Source of the DNA: an uncultured virus (IMG/VR IMGVR_UViG_3300021255_002352)
Taxonomy: Duplodnaviria; Heunggongvirae; Uroviricota; Caudoviricetes
IMG/VR virus record: IMGVR_UViG_3300021255_002352
Length of the DNA stretch: 20,000 nt
Direction: 5' to 3' (one strand)
Notes under the pieces: generated by a model
The model's input: only the letters and a program-made list of their open reading frames with translations
Database searches by the model: none
Told to the model about the DNA's origin: nothing
Program-made: the position numbers and the translations under genes
Shown here: positions 1 through 8,894 of the stretch, piece by piece
Layout of the letters: every line of letters begins with the position of its first letter
How positions within the stretch are numbered: position 1 is the first letter of the stretch

Positions 1-1232
1 TGCTTCTTATAGATTGTAGTAGCATCGACTTCTCTTCTTAACAGAGTAAATACTTCTTCGATCTTCTGAGTGCCCTTAACATAGCCTCTAGCTCTTGCTT
101 CATTTGGTGTTAAGTCAGCGAACATCATCTTAATCTTTGCAAACGGAGTCTTATGAACACCGTTGTTGATTACGTCAACCCAACCATTCGGAGTAGTCGT
201 AATAAACGGAACTTCATTACCATGGACATTCTTCCATTCCGGTGCAAGATAATCTAAATGATTAATACTATGAACAAGAACTTCTTCGTTGTTCAAACCA
301 TGTGCCAGGAAAGATTCCTTGACAGAACCATATCTCTTGGCATCTTTTAATGCTTCGATGACTTCTTCCTTCATGCCATCATGTTCAATAACTTCTTCGT
401 TGTCAAATGCGTTATGTTTCATTTCTTCGTCCTCTTCTTCATCTTTTTCAGCGCCAGCAGAAGCAAGTGCTTCGCCAACAAGGTATTCAGTAACCTTTCT
501 CTGTTCCGGAGTCATTGAATCAAGAACATCCTGAACAGTCTTTTCTTCTTTCTTATCAGCCACTTCTTTGTCCTCTCCTTCTTGTTTAGCTGCTAATTCG
601 GCTTTTAAACCGTCCTGATTATCTGCGTGAGAAATCTCTTCTTTTTCTTCCTGATTTTCTTTTTTCTCTTCTTCAGAAGATTCTTCTTCTTTGTTTTCCT
701 CTTCTTCCGTAGATTTTTCTTCAGGATCATCAACGATTTCTACAACATCAGAATCCTCACTGTGCTCCAAATAAAGTGATTCGCCGGTGTAAATTTCAGC
801 ACCAACTGCCTCAACATCTTCATCAGCACTATGAGCCATCACATACTCGATAGATGCACCAGGATTAGCGCCAGCGAGAACTAAACTTACTTCTCTAATG
901 ACACCATGTAAAACATCGCCATCTGCAGTCTGCTTCAAACCATTTGCAAAGATTGACAAACTGGCGATATCACCATGTTGGAGAATTTCTTTAATCCTCT
1001 GAGATTTCGGAAGGTCATTAAAAAAGCCATACGCTTTTACACCTTCATCAGTGTTTTTTAGTAACGCATGGCCCAAAATGTTATCCGGATCATTATGCTG
1101 GTGATTCCAAACAAGCGGTACGGTCAATCCATCACAATCCTTAAATGCATTATGACGAATTGTCCTTCCATCGGAGCATTTCAAATCATTTCTTGTGGCC
1201 CATCCCCAAAAATCGTAATTTTTCTTAGCCAT
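1..1232 (-). CDS. Prohead protease / scaffold / major capsid fusion protein (3' end outside window)
   Basis: Absent from the ORF track because it has no stop in the window; translated by hand from ATG at 1232 (SD AAGGAG upstream). The N-terminus MAKKNYDFWGWATRNDLKCSDGRTI...VPLVWNHQH...SLSIFAN...IREVSLVLAGANPGA has HK97-type protease motifs. An acidic linker follows, then a capsid-like region (HKTPFAKIK...EARARGYVKG). It lies directly downstream of the portal. Confidence 0.88.
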   Translation of the reverse strand, partial: MAKKNYDFWGWATRNDLKCSDGRTIRHNAFKDCDGLTVPLVWNHQHNDPDNILGHALLKNTDEGVKAYGFFNDLPKSQRIKEILQHGDIASLSIFANGLKQTADGDVLHGVIREVSLVLAGANPGASIEYVMAHSADEDVEAVGAEIYTGESLYLEHSEDSDVVEIVDDPEEKSTEEEENKEEESSEEEKKENQEEKEEISHADNQDGLKAELAAKQEGEDKEVADKKEEKTVQDVLDSMTPEQRKVTEYLVGEALASAGAEKDEEEDEEMKHNAFDNEEVIEHDGMKEEVIEALKDAKRYGSVKESFLAHGLNNEEVLVHSINHLDYLAPEWKNVHGNEVPFITTTPNGWVDVINNGVHKTPFAKIKMMFADLTPNEARARGYVKGTQKIEEVFTLLRREVDATTIYKK

Positions 1233-1253
1233 TTTGAATTCTTTACTCCTTCT

Positions 1254-2597
1254 TTAAATTTCAGACACTTTCAATTCACTCAAGCTCTTATCTTCAACCG
1301 TGTTTACAGTTCCTTGATCCAATTGAGGTTTCTCTGAACTTCTATCAGATTGTGAATCAGTTTGTTCCTCAAGTTCTGAATCAGAAACGCTTGGAAATTG
1401 CTGTCCATTTGACTGGTTAATGTTCTTATTCCTAAGTTCATTAGCTCTAGGATCATCAGACGGAAGCAATCCAACAACTTGCCTAAATTCATTCGAAGAC
1501 ATAATTTCGTTTCTTGTAAATTTGTCTGCGAGTTCTGCAAGTTTGGATGTCGGAACAAGCTTGAACGGATCTCTAAAGAACGCTATTGACTGATGCTGTG
1601 TAATTGCGGTCTTTGTAAGAAACTTTCGTTTCATTTCGTCTGCTATCGCTGATACAATTGGTTCAACAGTTCTTGAATAGTAGTTGATCATAGTCTGCTC
1701 GTCCGCTGTACCGTCTAATATCGTAGTAGTGATTCCTAACTGCCCGTATAAGATGTTTGTCAGGTATTCAATCTGCGGTAATAGATTGTTCTCCAAAGAA
1801 CGATTCAACTGTGTGATCTTCTCTGTTGCATCGACATAAGCAATACCATACTTACTTCCAGTAAGTTGCATTTCTATGTCTTTACGACGCTGTTCAGCCT
1901 GTTGTTTTTTAGTATCAGTTTTAACAAGATACGGAAGCTGGATAATCATGTCTAATTTTCCAGCACCACTTTGTTGATCAACAACGTCCATTAATGTCAG
2001 TGTGCGAATTAATCTTTGCAGAACTGAGTTAGGCTCGTTCATTATCGAATAAAGTGGATTTTCTATGATTGCAACGTTTTTCTTGGTAAACCATAATTCT
2101 TCATGCTTACCAGTTCTATCGTTGTAAACATTAACTTTAACGTGGTCGGGAGACCACTCAGTAATCTTCCCGACCCGTAATGAAAGAATGTCAAAGGATC
2201 CTTTTTCTGGATCGATTGATGTGTCAATAGGTACGACTGCAATAGTGCCTTCATCGAACATCGACATGACAATGTCCTGAATAAAAGCCCTCCCGGTCTG
2301 GTCTTTATTTGCCGAGATCGATAGGCAGTCGTTTAACCGTGAATCCATTTTGCTAACAAAATAGCCGTTTTGATCTAATTTAACATGCTCAAATTTGATC
2401 TGTGCTACATCCAAAGCAATTCTATTATAGATTGATGTTACGATGGTTCTTTCATTTCCTCGAGATAATCTATAACGATATGGATTGTATGATGAATAAG
2501 AGATTTCTCCTGGTTCATAATTATATGAAGAAGGATACTCATCTTTATTCATAAAGGCATTCCACGCATGTAATAGCCTATCACCGAATTTCGGCAT
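1254..2597 (-). CDS. Phage portal protein (HK97-like)
   Basis: 447 aa with RIALDVAQI, GKLDMIIQLPY and NEIMSSNEFRQVVGL (portal C-terminal 'NE.R...GL' motif). Located between terminase and protease/capsid genes. Confidence 0.92.
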   Translation of the reverse strand: MPKFGDRLLHAWNAFMNKDEYPSSYNYEPGEISYSSYNPYRYRLSRGNERTIVTSIYNRIALDVAQIKFEHVKLDQNGYFVSKMDSRLNDCLSISANKDQTGRAFIQDIVMSMFDEGTIAVVPIDTSIDPEKGSFDILSLRVGKITEWSPDHVKVNVYNDRTGKHEELWFTKKNVAIIENPLYSIMNEPNSVLQRLIRTLTLMDVVDQQSGAGKLDMIIQLPYLVKTDTKKQQAEQRRKDIEMQLTGSKYGIAYVDATEKITQLNRSLENNLLPQIEYLTNILYGQLGITTTILDGTADEQTMINYYSRTVEPIVSAIADEMKRKFLTKTAITQHQSIAFFRDPFKLVPTSKLAELADKFTRNEIMSSNEFRQVVGLLPSDDPRANELRNKNINQSNGQQFPSVSDSELEEQTDSQSDRSSEKPQLDQGTVNTVEDKSLSELKVSEI

Positions 2598-2614
2598 TTA
2601 GGACTTACCTCCTA

Positions 2615-3037
2615 TTACTGTTGATAATTATTTGCGTTTAACTGACCAATTAATGATTCAATTACTCGTCTTTCACTATCATTTTGAGCGCTATCCATCA
2701 TAGTACTTTCTAATTGAGAAATCATTCTATCTCTTACGCTATGACCGCTATAGCCTCTATCCATCGGATAACCGTAATCTCTTTCGGCGATGTAATAATC
2801 TTTATAAGAGTTATTACCGTTATAACTTCTTCCACGCCTACGAGGATTCATACCGTAGTTGCTATATCCGGAATAAGAATCATCAGGTTCATATTCATCA
2901 ACCATTTTGATTTTTTCCAATAAGCAAACTGCTTTTGTTGCTGCTTCTAATTCAGAAGGATTGATATCACCTTTGCTGGCGATGCGGTCAAGTTCTTTAA
3001 GAACTAACTTTTTAAGTTTTTCTAACGCTTCATCCAT
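2615..3037 (-). CDS. Hypothetical protein, helical ends with Tyr/Gly/Arg-rich centre (cassette gene 6)
   Basis: 140 aa ORF with GGAGG SD; last gene of the tightly packed 2615-5217 cassette. Confidence 0.75.
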   Translation of the reverse strand: MDEALEKLKKLVLKELDRIASKGDINPSELEAATKAVCLLEKIKMVDEYEPDDSYSGYSNYGMNPRRRGRSYNGNNSYKDYYIAERDYGYPMDRGYSGHSVRDRMISQLESTMMDSAQNDSERRVIESLIGQLNANNYQQ

Positions 3038-3049
3038 TTAGTGAACCTC

Positions 3050-3514
3050 CTATCTGCTAACCAAAAGATCTGGTCTTGTAAAGATAATGTTTGCGTTTTC
3101 TACTTGTACTGGCTGTGAACTGGTATTAATAACAGATACGTTTTCACAACATCCATTCCAAACTTGAACATTAATTGCTCTGCTAACATTAAAAGCTTCA
3201 TTCACTGCTGCTGGTGTGACAACCATTTCACTGGCAGGAATTACTGTTCCGTCAATAGCTAACGCTAAAGAAATTTCGCTAACTGTTCCACCTTCAGGGA
3301 TAGAAATATTAGCTCCAAAATCTACTAAGTAATTCGCTTCAGCCTGTTTGCCGCAGCATCCGCATCTATTAGGTGTCCATCCGCTTAAAAGAAAATTCCC
3401 GGAACCATCTCTATGGCGGACGAAACCTCTAGTGCAAGGAACGGGAGCATCAGTAAACGCAACCGCTCCTCCTGTGGCTACAGTCTGAATAGCATTTGCA
3501 CTGTATTCAGCCAT
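3050..3514 (-). CDS. Beta-rich, Cys-containing protein, possibly BclA C-terminal/C1q-TNF-like fold (cassette gene 5)
   Basis: 154 aa with GGAGG SD. Alternating beta-strand patterns (YLVDFGANIS, ISLALAIDG, VSVINTS, VENANII) and CGCC/GCC motifs. The fold call is inference. Confidence 0.6.
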   Translation of the reverse strand: MAEYSANAIQTVATGGAVAFTDAPVPCTRGFVRHRDGSGNFLLSGWTPNRCGCCGKQAEANYLVDFGANISIPEGGTVSEISLALAIDGTVIPASEMVVTPAAVNEAFNVSRAINVQVWNGCCENVSVINTSSQPVQVENANIIFTRPDLLVSR

Positions 3515-3524
3515 TCGCCACCTC

Positions 3525-4202
3525 CTAGTTGCAGCCGCAGTTGCCCCAACCGTTATTGCAGCAATTAGGATTCGGAACGGTATATGCAGGAATCGGTGTA
3601 GGATTGAGATATTGCTCTAATGCAGCTGTCTGAGCAGCATTGTTTGCTAAGATCTGAGCAGTCTGTGCATTCTGAGAAGCAGCAAGGTTCTGCATATTAA
3701 GCTGAGTTCTAAGCTGAGCAATAGTTTCATTCTTAGCCTCGATTTCCTGCTGGCACATTTTATCAAGGATGGCCTGAGTATTTGCAGTATTAGATGCAAT
3801 AACGTCTCTTAAAGCATCAGTAAGAGCATTACGATCAGCACAGTTTTCAGTAGCTACTGTATACTTAATATCTGCTAAACCAGAACTAATACCATTAATT
3901 GCCTGAAGAGTGTTAAGATTGCCATTGCAACGAGAAACCTCTGCATTTGCAAATCCGTTAGAAACTGTCTGCGTTAATCCATTAATTCCACTCATAATTG
4001 ATTGCTGATCAAATCCTCTTTGCATACCACCATCTCCATATCCGCCGCGGCCAAAGTTATTTCCATTCATCATAAACAGAAATAAGATCAAAAGCCACCA
4101 AGCTCCGTCACCGTTGAAACCAAATCCATTACCATTGCTATTGCCAGTTACAGCCGCAATGTCCGCTGCGGATAAGCCAGAACCATAATCAGTAAGTGCC
4201 AT
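3525..4202 (-). CDS. Gly/Asn-rich protein with hydrophobic segment, coiled coil and Cys-rich tail (cassette gene 4)
   Basis: 225 aa: AWWLLILFLFMM hydrophobic stretch flanked by Gly/Asn tracts, an Ala/Gln/Asn heptad region, and a C-terminal NCCNNGWGNCGCN. Confidence 0.8.
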   Translation of the reverse strand: MALTDYGSGLSAADIAAVTGNSNGNGFGFNGDGAWWLLILFLFMMNGNNFGRGGYGDGGMQRGFDQQSIMSGINGLTQTVSNGFANAEVSRCNGNLNTLQAINGISSGLADIKYTVATENCADRNALTDALRDVIASNTANTQAILDKMCQQEIEAKNETIAQLRTQLNMQNLAASQNAQTAQILANNAAQTAALEQYLNPTPIPAYTVPNPNCCNNGWGNCGCN

Positions 4203-4227
4203 TTAAAGCGTCCCCCTTTTTATTCTT

Positions 4228-4425
4228 CTAATAATTTTTTCCAGTAATAAGGTTTGCGATCTCTCTAAGCTGATTAAAATCTTGCTGAGACATCTGCCCA
4301 GAATTCAGTAGTTCCTGCACTCTCTGCTGTGGGTTTACATTCTGATTCTGAGTTTTAAATTGCTGAGAAAAATTATTAAAATCCTTCATAAATTGACCCA
4401 AATTATTTAACATCGGATTTATCAT
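4228..4425 (-). CDS. Small Gln/Asn-rich helical protein (cassette gene 3)
   Basis: 65 aa containing NPQQRVQELLNSGQMSQQDFNQL; overlaps the upstream gene. Confidence 0.75.
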   Translation of the reverse strand: MINPMLNNLGQFMKDFNNFSQQFKTQNQNVNPQQRVQELLNSGQMSQQDFNQLREIANLITGKNY

Positions 4426-4834
4426 TTATCGGTCCTCTTTTCGTCATGTGTAGCTGATTCTTGATACCCTTAAACTGACCATCCAAATATTCTTTTAGGT
4501 CGTCAAGTTCCTTCTTTGTAACATAGTTACCTTCGAAGTTATTAGCCTCAATCTTTGGAGTTGTTTCTTTGAACGAGAACGATCTCATAGGTTGAGGAGA
4601 TCCATTGGAATTAGTCGACTTAATCCAGAATTGACCAGATTCAAAGTCCATTAAATAAACTGTATTTCCAGCAGCAACAGGATAATTATTCGCACCTTGT
4701 TCACCATTTACAAATACAATAATCGGTGGAATATTACTATATTGCGACGAAGAATAACCGTTATTATAACTTTGACTATTTCCGTTAAAATTGACGTTTG
4801 AAGGCTGATTATAAGCCGAATTATAGTAAGCCAT
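4403..4834 (-). CDS. Hypothetical protein with Asn/Tyr/Ser-rich N-terminus (cassette gene 2)
   Basis: Start moved to ATG 4834 (MAYYN), which follows AAGGAG and overlaps the upstream stop as TAATG. Core sequence VNGEQGANNYPVAAGNTVYLMDFES. Confidence 0.78.
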   Translation of the reverse strand: MAYYNSAYNQPSNVNFNGNSQSYNNGYSSSQYSNIPPIIVFVNGEQGANNYPVAAGNTVYLMDFESGQFWIKSTNSNGSPQPMRSFSFKETTPKIEANNFEGNYVTKKELDDLKEYLDGQFKGIKNQLHMTKRGPINDKSDVK

Positions 4835-5217
4835 TATCTCTCCTTTCTCCAATAATAAATTGGGACTTCATCTCCAGAATCCCAAGCATCATAATATTTA
4901 CCATCTTTCACAGCAACTACATGCTCACCAGTTCCTAAAAGAAAAACACCAACCGGATTATCTATACAGAATTGTTTTACTGTATAGCAATCCGGACAGG
5001 TGTTTGAAATTGTAAATCTCATGAAACCTTTTGAACGAAGATAGGATCCCCATACTTTGTTAGCAGATGGCATATCCTTCATCTCGAATCCTTTTAGCAT
5101 TATCTCGATATAAACTTTATCCCATGGAATATTAAGTATTTTACACAATCCACGAATAACACAGTCACCTACTTTAATGCCTCTGGGATTAGGATTATAG
5201 AATACAAATCTCTCCAT
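4834..5217 (-). CDS. Small papain-fold (C39-like) cysteine peptidase-like protein (cassette gene 1)
   Basis: 127 aa with GDCVIRGL ... GEHVVAV ... YYDAWDS, a Cys-His-Asp order typical of papain-like folds. Confidence 0.6.
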   Translation of the reverse strand: MERFVFYNPNPRGIKVGDCVIRGLCKILNIPWDKVYIEIMLKGFEMKDMPSANKVWGSYLRSKGFMRFTISNTCPDCYTVKQFCIDNPVGVFLLGTGEHVVAVKDGKYYDAWDSGDEVPIYYWRKER

Positions 5218-5223
5218 TTTGAA

Positions 5224-6210
5224 TTATTTGTCTTTTCCAAACAAATATTTACTAACAAGTTCTATTGAAGTCCCCATACTGTCAGCTATTTCGCTAATAC
5301 TTTCTCCAGATTTGAACATTTCACCTATTCTTTTAACTTGTTTGTCTGAAAGTGTAAACTGTCCTTTTCCATTATTATTTTTGTTCTCTTTATTATTGTT
5401 ATTGTTTTTGTTGCTATTATATACACTTGAATCTTTTGTTTCTTCAAACAACTTGTTCAGAGCTTTTGTTTTATTATAATCTGCCTTTTTATTCTCAATA
5501 TTTGCAAGATTATTCATATAATCTGATTCTTTTTTAGCTTCTGCATATTTATCAGGTTCAGACTTATTATCTTGAGAAATCTTCTTGATTACTGCATCTA
5601 TAAACTTTCTACCAGCATCTTGAGCAACTGGAACAATAACTTTTTCAGTCATCATATCCATAAATTGTTTACCTTTTGAAATCGGTTTTGGATCCAAAGA
5701 ATCAACTTCTTTTCTGATATTAGCAGCATCTTTTTCTAATCTCATTCTTTGAATATATTTCTCAAGTTGCTTATCTGTAAGCTGTTTTATATCCTTTTCG
5801 CGAGGAGAATGAATTTTGATCGGCTTTTGAGAATTTGTATAATCTTGAACTTTTTTGTCAAGATTTTTCTTTTCTTTTTCAATATCCTCAATTGATGCTT
5901 TATCGTCTGCAGCCGTTTTAAGTTTGGATGCAGATACTTTAATTCCTCTAAGTTTTGGCTCTTGAGCTCTTTGCAAAGCTTTTCTTTCAGATCGTGTGGT
6001 TCTGATATATGTTCCGTCTGCAGCTTTACGATATTTATAAGTTCCATTTGACGTCATGATATATTCGCCAGAAGATAACTTTCTATAACGTTTTAGTCCT
6101 TCTTCTGTTAAAGAACCATCTGGATTTTGGTATCTTCGAACACCCCATTTTTGGCCAAGGATACCGTGATGGTAAAGCTCATCTTCTGTAAGATAATAAT
6201 CCATCTTCAT
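5224..6210 (-). CDS. ELYHHG-tagged (DUF7211-like) basic protein with C-terminal HTH
   Basis: N-terminus ELYHHGILGQKWGVRRYQNPDGSLT, Lys-rich helical body, C-terminal GESISEIADSMGTSIELVSKYL HTH pattern. Confidence 0.8.
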   Translation of the reverse strand: MKMDYYLTEDELYHHGILGQKWGVRRYQNPDGSLTEEGLKRYRKLSSGEYIMTSNGTYKYRKAADGTYIRTTRSERKALQRAQEPKLRGIKVSASKLKTAADDKASIEDIEKEKKNLDKKVQDYTNSQKPIKIHSPREKDIKQLTDKQLEKYIQRMRLEKDAANIRKEVDSLDPKPISKGKQFMDMMTEKVIVPVAQDAGRKFIDAVIKKISQDNKSEPDKYAEAKKESDYMNNLANIENKKADYNKTKALNKLFEETKDSSVYNSNKNNNNNKENKNNNGKGQFTLSDKQVKRIGEMFKSGESISEIADSMGTSIELVSKYLFGKDK

Positions 6211-6217
6211 ATCCCCC

Positions 6218-6781
6218 CTATGATTTTTTATATTGTTCTTCTAGATAATCAGCAAAGCTATCCCAACCTGTTTCGCCACCATAAAGAACAATATTATTAA
6301 CTGCATAGTTGCTATATTCTCTCAGCAATGACTGAAGGGAAGCACTATCCTTTGGTGTAATTGAATCTAACTCTGCGTCATATTTGCGTAATATGGCGTT
6401 TATCTTATCTAACTTTGCTTGAAGCTTTCTTGTCTTTGAATTTAAACTATTTGCTTTAATTTCGGCTCTTCTAGCTTTTTCCTCTAGTTTTTCAGCTTTT
6501 GCTTTAGACGTAAAAAGCCCCATTTCTTTTTTTCTAAGTTTTGCCGATTTATTCTCAAGTCTGGCTATCTTCGCTCCGTGTTTTTGAGTTTCTTTATCGA
6601 TCTGCGATTGCACATCTTTTGCTTTCTTCGCATAATAATCGTACTCACCTCTTAACTCAGCATAGCGAATTTTACCTTCTGCAGTTAGAGTGCCGTCTGG
6701 ATTCTGATAGCGTCTTCTACCCCATTTTTGACCGAGGATACCGTAATGATAAAGTTCATCTTTTGTGTAATAGTACTCCAT
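6218..6781 (-). CDS. ELYHYG-tagged (DUF7211-like) basic coiled-coil protein
   Basis: N-terminus ELYHYGILGQKWGRRRYQNPDGTLT is nearly identical to that of the neighbouring gene; the remainder is an unrelated Lys/Ala-rich coiled coil. AGGAGG SD. Confidence 0.8.
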   Translation of the reverse strand: MEYYYTKDELYHYGILGQKWGRRRYQNPDGTLTAEGKIRYAELRGEYDYYAKKAKDVQSQIDKETQKHGAKIARLENKSAKLRKKEMGLFTSKAKAEKLEEKARRAEIKANSLNSKTRKLQAKLDKINAILRKYDAELDSITPKDSASLQSLLREYSNYAVNNIVLYGGETGWDSFADYLEEQYKKS

Positions 6782-6803
6782 TTTGAAATCCTCCTATATC
6801 TCG

Positions 6804-7067
6804 TTATAATATTTGTTTTCCATTCATATATGCATCCAACGAGATACTAAATGGAAAAAACGGTTTTATTTCTTTACTTTTTTTATCTACGGAAAAACTA
6901 GAATTAGCAGGACTTTCATCACTATCACTCTTTTTAAATCCTTCAGGCAAAAGATTAAAAACTAAAATATCGCCATAATCATATGCTGAATCAATAATAA
7001 AACCAGGGAATGACTCGGTAATCATGTCTTTATACTCATTTATTTTTTTCATTATTAATTCCTCCAT
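6804..7067 (-). CDS. Putative immunity protein, copy 2
   Basis: 87 aa, starting 3 bp after the toxin-like gene. Paralog of 8655-8894, sharing IIDSAYDYGDILVFN, S.DKK.K..K.F.PF and LD.Y.NGK.I. Confidence 0.6.
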   Translation of the reverse strand: MEELIMKKINEYKDMITESFPGFIIDSAYDYGDILVFNLLPEGFKKSDSDESPANSSFSVDKKSKEIKPFFPFSISLDAYMNGKQIL

Positions 7068-7070
7068 ACA

Positions 7071-8645
7071 CTAATGACGATTTGAATTTCCAAGATCAAT
7101 ATTGCAATTCTTGTCTATATACAAGCACTCGTCATCCGAAAGATATACTTTATACAAAACCTCTCCGTCGATAACGGTTGTATAAACCTTATATCCCATC
7201 TGATCATACTTATCCGCCAAAGCATAAGCAGTTGTTTTTGGTTTTCCTTTTTTGCCTGGATTTGTTGTATCCTCATCTTTGTTTTTAACAGCGCTTAATG
7301 CAGAATCAGTTAATTCTTCATTATCTGTTCTAAAGTAGATAACTGTTTTTGCATACTTTGCATAATCATCTACATTAACAACTTCCCCTGATTGACAATC
7401 TCTAAGAATAACTTTCTTATCCTTAACTTCATAAACAACTGAATGCCCACCACCTTTTGTCCATTTTAGAATAAAGCTTCCGCTAGCTCCTTCTCCTTGT
7501 GACAAAATGTCTTTTTCGATTTTCTTTATTTGCTCAGAAGTAAATGACGAATCACTTTTTCCAGAGTATTCAAATGTCGTTCCAGGATATGCCATTTCAT
7601 TTGCATATTTCTTTTCCGAGTATGTATCATTTGTTAATGAAGCCATAAAGGATTTTGCTCTTTTTGCAAAATCGTTTTTAACATTATTATGTGTATAGAA
7701 ACTATACTCAGTTGCAAATGTATTTGCAGTTTCCTTTTCTTCTAATCCTTGATGATAATCGTCGGCTTCTACATCATAGCCTTTTCTTCTCATACGATAT
7801 GCAAGAGTACAATATACACAGTTTATCTTAAATGAATCATCTTCAAGATAATATGGATTTACCCTTTTCATATCTTCATCTTCAGTCATTTCACGACTTT
7901 TCTTTTTTACCTCTGAAAATGACGAAGGGTTTTTCTTATTAACCTGTTTCATCATTTTTTCGACTTCTTTATTCCATGAGTCTATTACTTTTTGCGTTTT
8001 TTCATCAAAACTCTTTTCAGAATTAGAAGTATCATTATTCTTATTATTTTCTTTGTTAAGTATCGATTTTGAAAAAATCAAAGATTTGGCCTTATTGATT
8101 AAAAAACTAGTATTTTTATAATCTAAAGATTTCAATACATTCTTTTTGCTTGTATTAATGCTGCCAATAGTTTTATTAACTACACGATCTTTAAAATCTT
8201 GCTTTACTTTATTAATATTAGAGATCTTTTCTTTTACAGCATTGCTTGCTTTACTAACTTTGCTTACAACAGCCTTTTCTATAAAATCTTTAGCATTTTT
8301 TATTACAGCATGACGATCTTCTTTCGTTCTGTCCTTGACAGTTTTATTGATAATTTTCGAAATTGCACTTCTATCAAATTTACTAGATTGCTGATTTTGA
8401 TTACTTTTGTTCAAAACATATTGCTTTGCAGAATTGGAGACATTATTGAAAGTGTTAATAACTGTCTTACCAAAACTCTTTACATTACGTTTCGATGATG
8501 ACATAAACTTGTCAAATTCAGATTTTGTGTAAAAGTATCTATAATTCGGCTTAGATTCTGATCCAAGGTTTATTCGATCATAATATTTATGTTTTTCTCT
8601 CTTACCGCCTAATTTTATACCCCAATGATAAAGCTCTTGTTCCAT
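7071..8645 (-). CDS. ELYHWG-tagged protein with C-terminal papain-fold toxin (Tox-PL/glutamine deamidase-like) domain
   Basis: N-terminus ELYHWGIK...HKYYDR...YRYFY, a Lys/Asn-rich linker, then INCVYCTLAYRMRRKGYDVEA ... WTKGGGHSVVYE ... ILRDCQSG (NC / H / DxQ triad). Confidence 0.75.
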   Translation of the reverse strand: MEQELYHWGIKLGGKREKHKYYDRINLGSESKPNYRYFYTKSEFDKFMSSSKRNVKSFGKTVINTFNNVSNSAKQYVLNKSNQNQQSSKFDRSAISKIINKTVKDRTKEDRHAVIKNAKDFIEKAVVSKVSKASNAVKEKISNINKVKQDFKDRVVNKTIGSINTSKKNVLKSLDYKNTSFLINKAKSLIFSKSILNKENNKNNDTSNSEKSFDEKTQKVIDSWNKEVEKMMKQVNKKNPSSFSEVKKKSREMTEDEDMKRVNPYYLEDDSFKINCVYCTLAYRMRRKGYDVEADDYHQGLEEKETANTFATEYSFYTHNNVKNDFAKRAKSFMASLTNDTYSEKKYANEMAYPGTTFEYSGKSDSSFTSEQIKKIEKDILSQGEGASGSFILKWTKGGGHSVVYEVKDKKVILRDCQSGEVVNVDDYAKYAKTVIYFRTDNEELTDSALSAVKNKDEDTTNPGKKGKPKTTAYALADKYDQMGYKVYTTVIDGEVLYKVYLSDDECLYIDKNCNIDLGNSNRH

Positions 8646-8654
8646 ATAAGTCTC

Positions 8655-8894
8655 CTAAATAATTCGCTTACCATTTAAATACGTATCCAAAGGTATTTCG
8701 AATGGTAAAAACGCCTTAACTTTCTTTGTTTTTTTATCGATACTTACACTTCTGTTTAAAGGACCTTCATCGTAATCATCTTTAACAAAATCTGATGGAA
8801 TCATATTAAAAACTAAAATGTCACCATAGTCATAAGCAGAATCAATGATGTATTTCGGAAATGCTTTGAGAACAATCTTTTTATATTCATCCAT
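8655..8894 (-). CDS. Putative immunity protein, copy 1
   Basis: 79 aa overlapping the stop of the upstream toxin-like gene, with AAGGAG SD. Paralog of 6804-7067. Confidence 0.6.
   Translation of the reverse strand: MDEYKKIVLKAFPKYIIDSAYDYGDILVFNMIPSDFVKDDYDEGPLNRSVSIDKKTKKVKAFLPFEIPLDTYLNGKRII

Noticed and set aside
289..1337. Plus-strand ORFs 289-534 and 1068-1337
   Set aside because: They are antisense shadows of the protease-capsid fusion and portal genes, which have clear motifs on the minus strand.
1304..6047. Nested minus-strand alternative-frame ORFs (1304-1558, 2063-2272, 5787-6047)
   Set aside because: They are fully inside longer genes and have no recognisable motifs.
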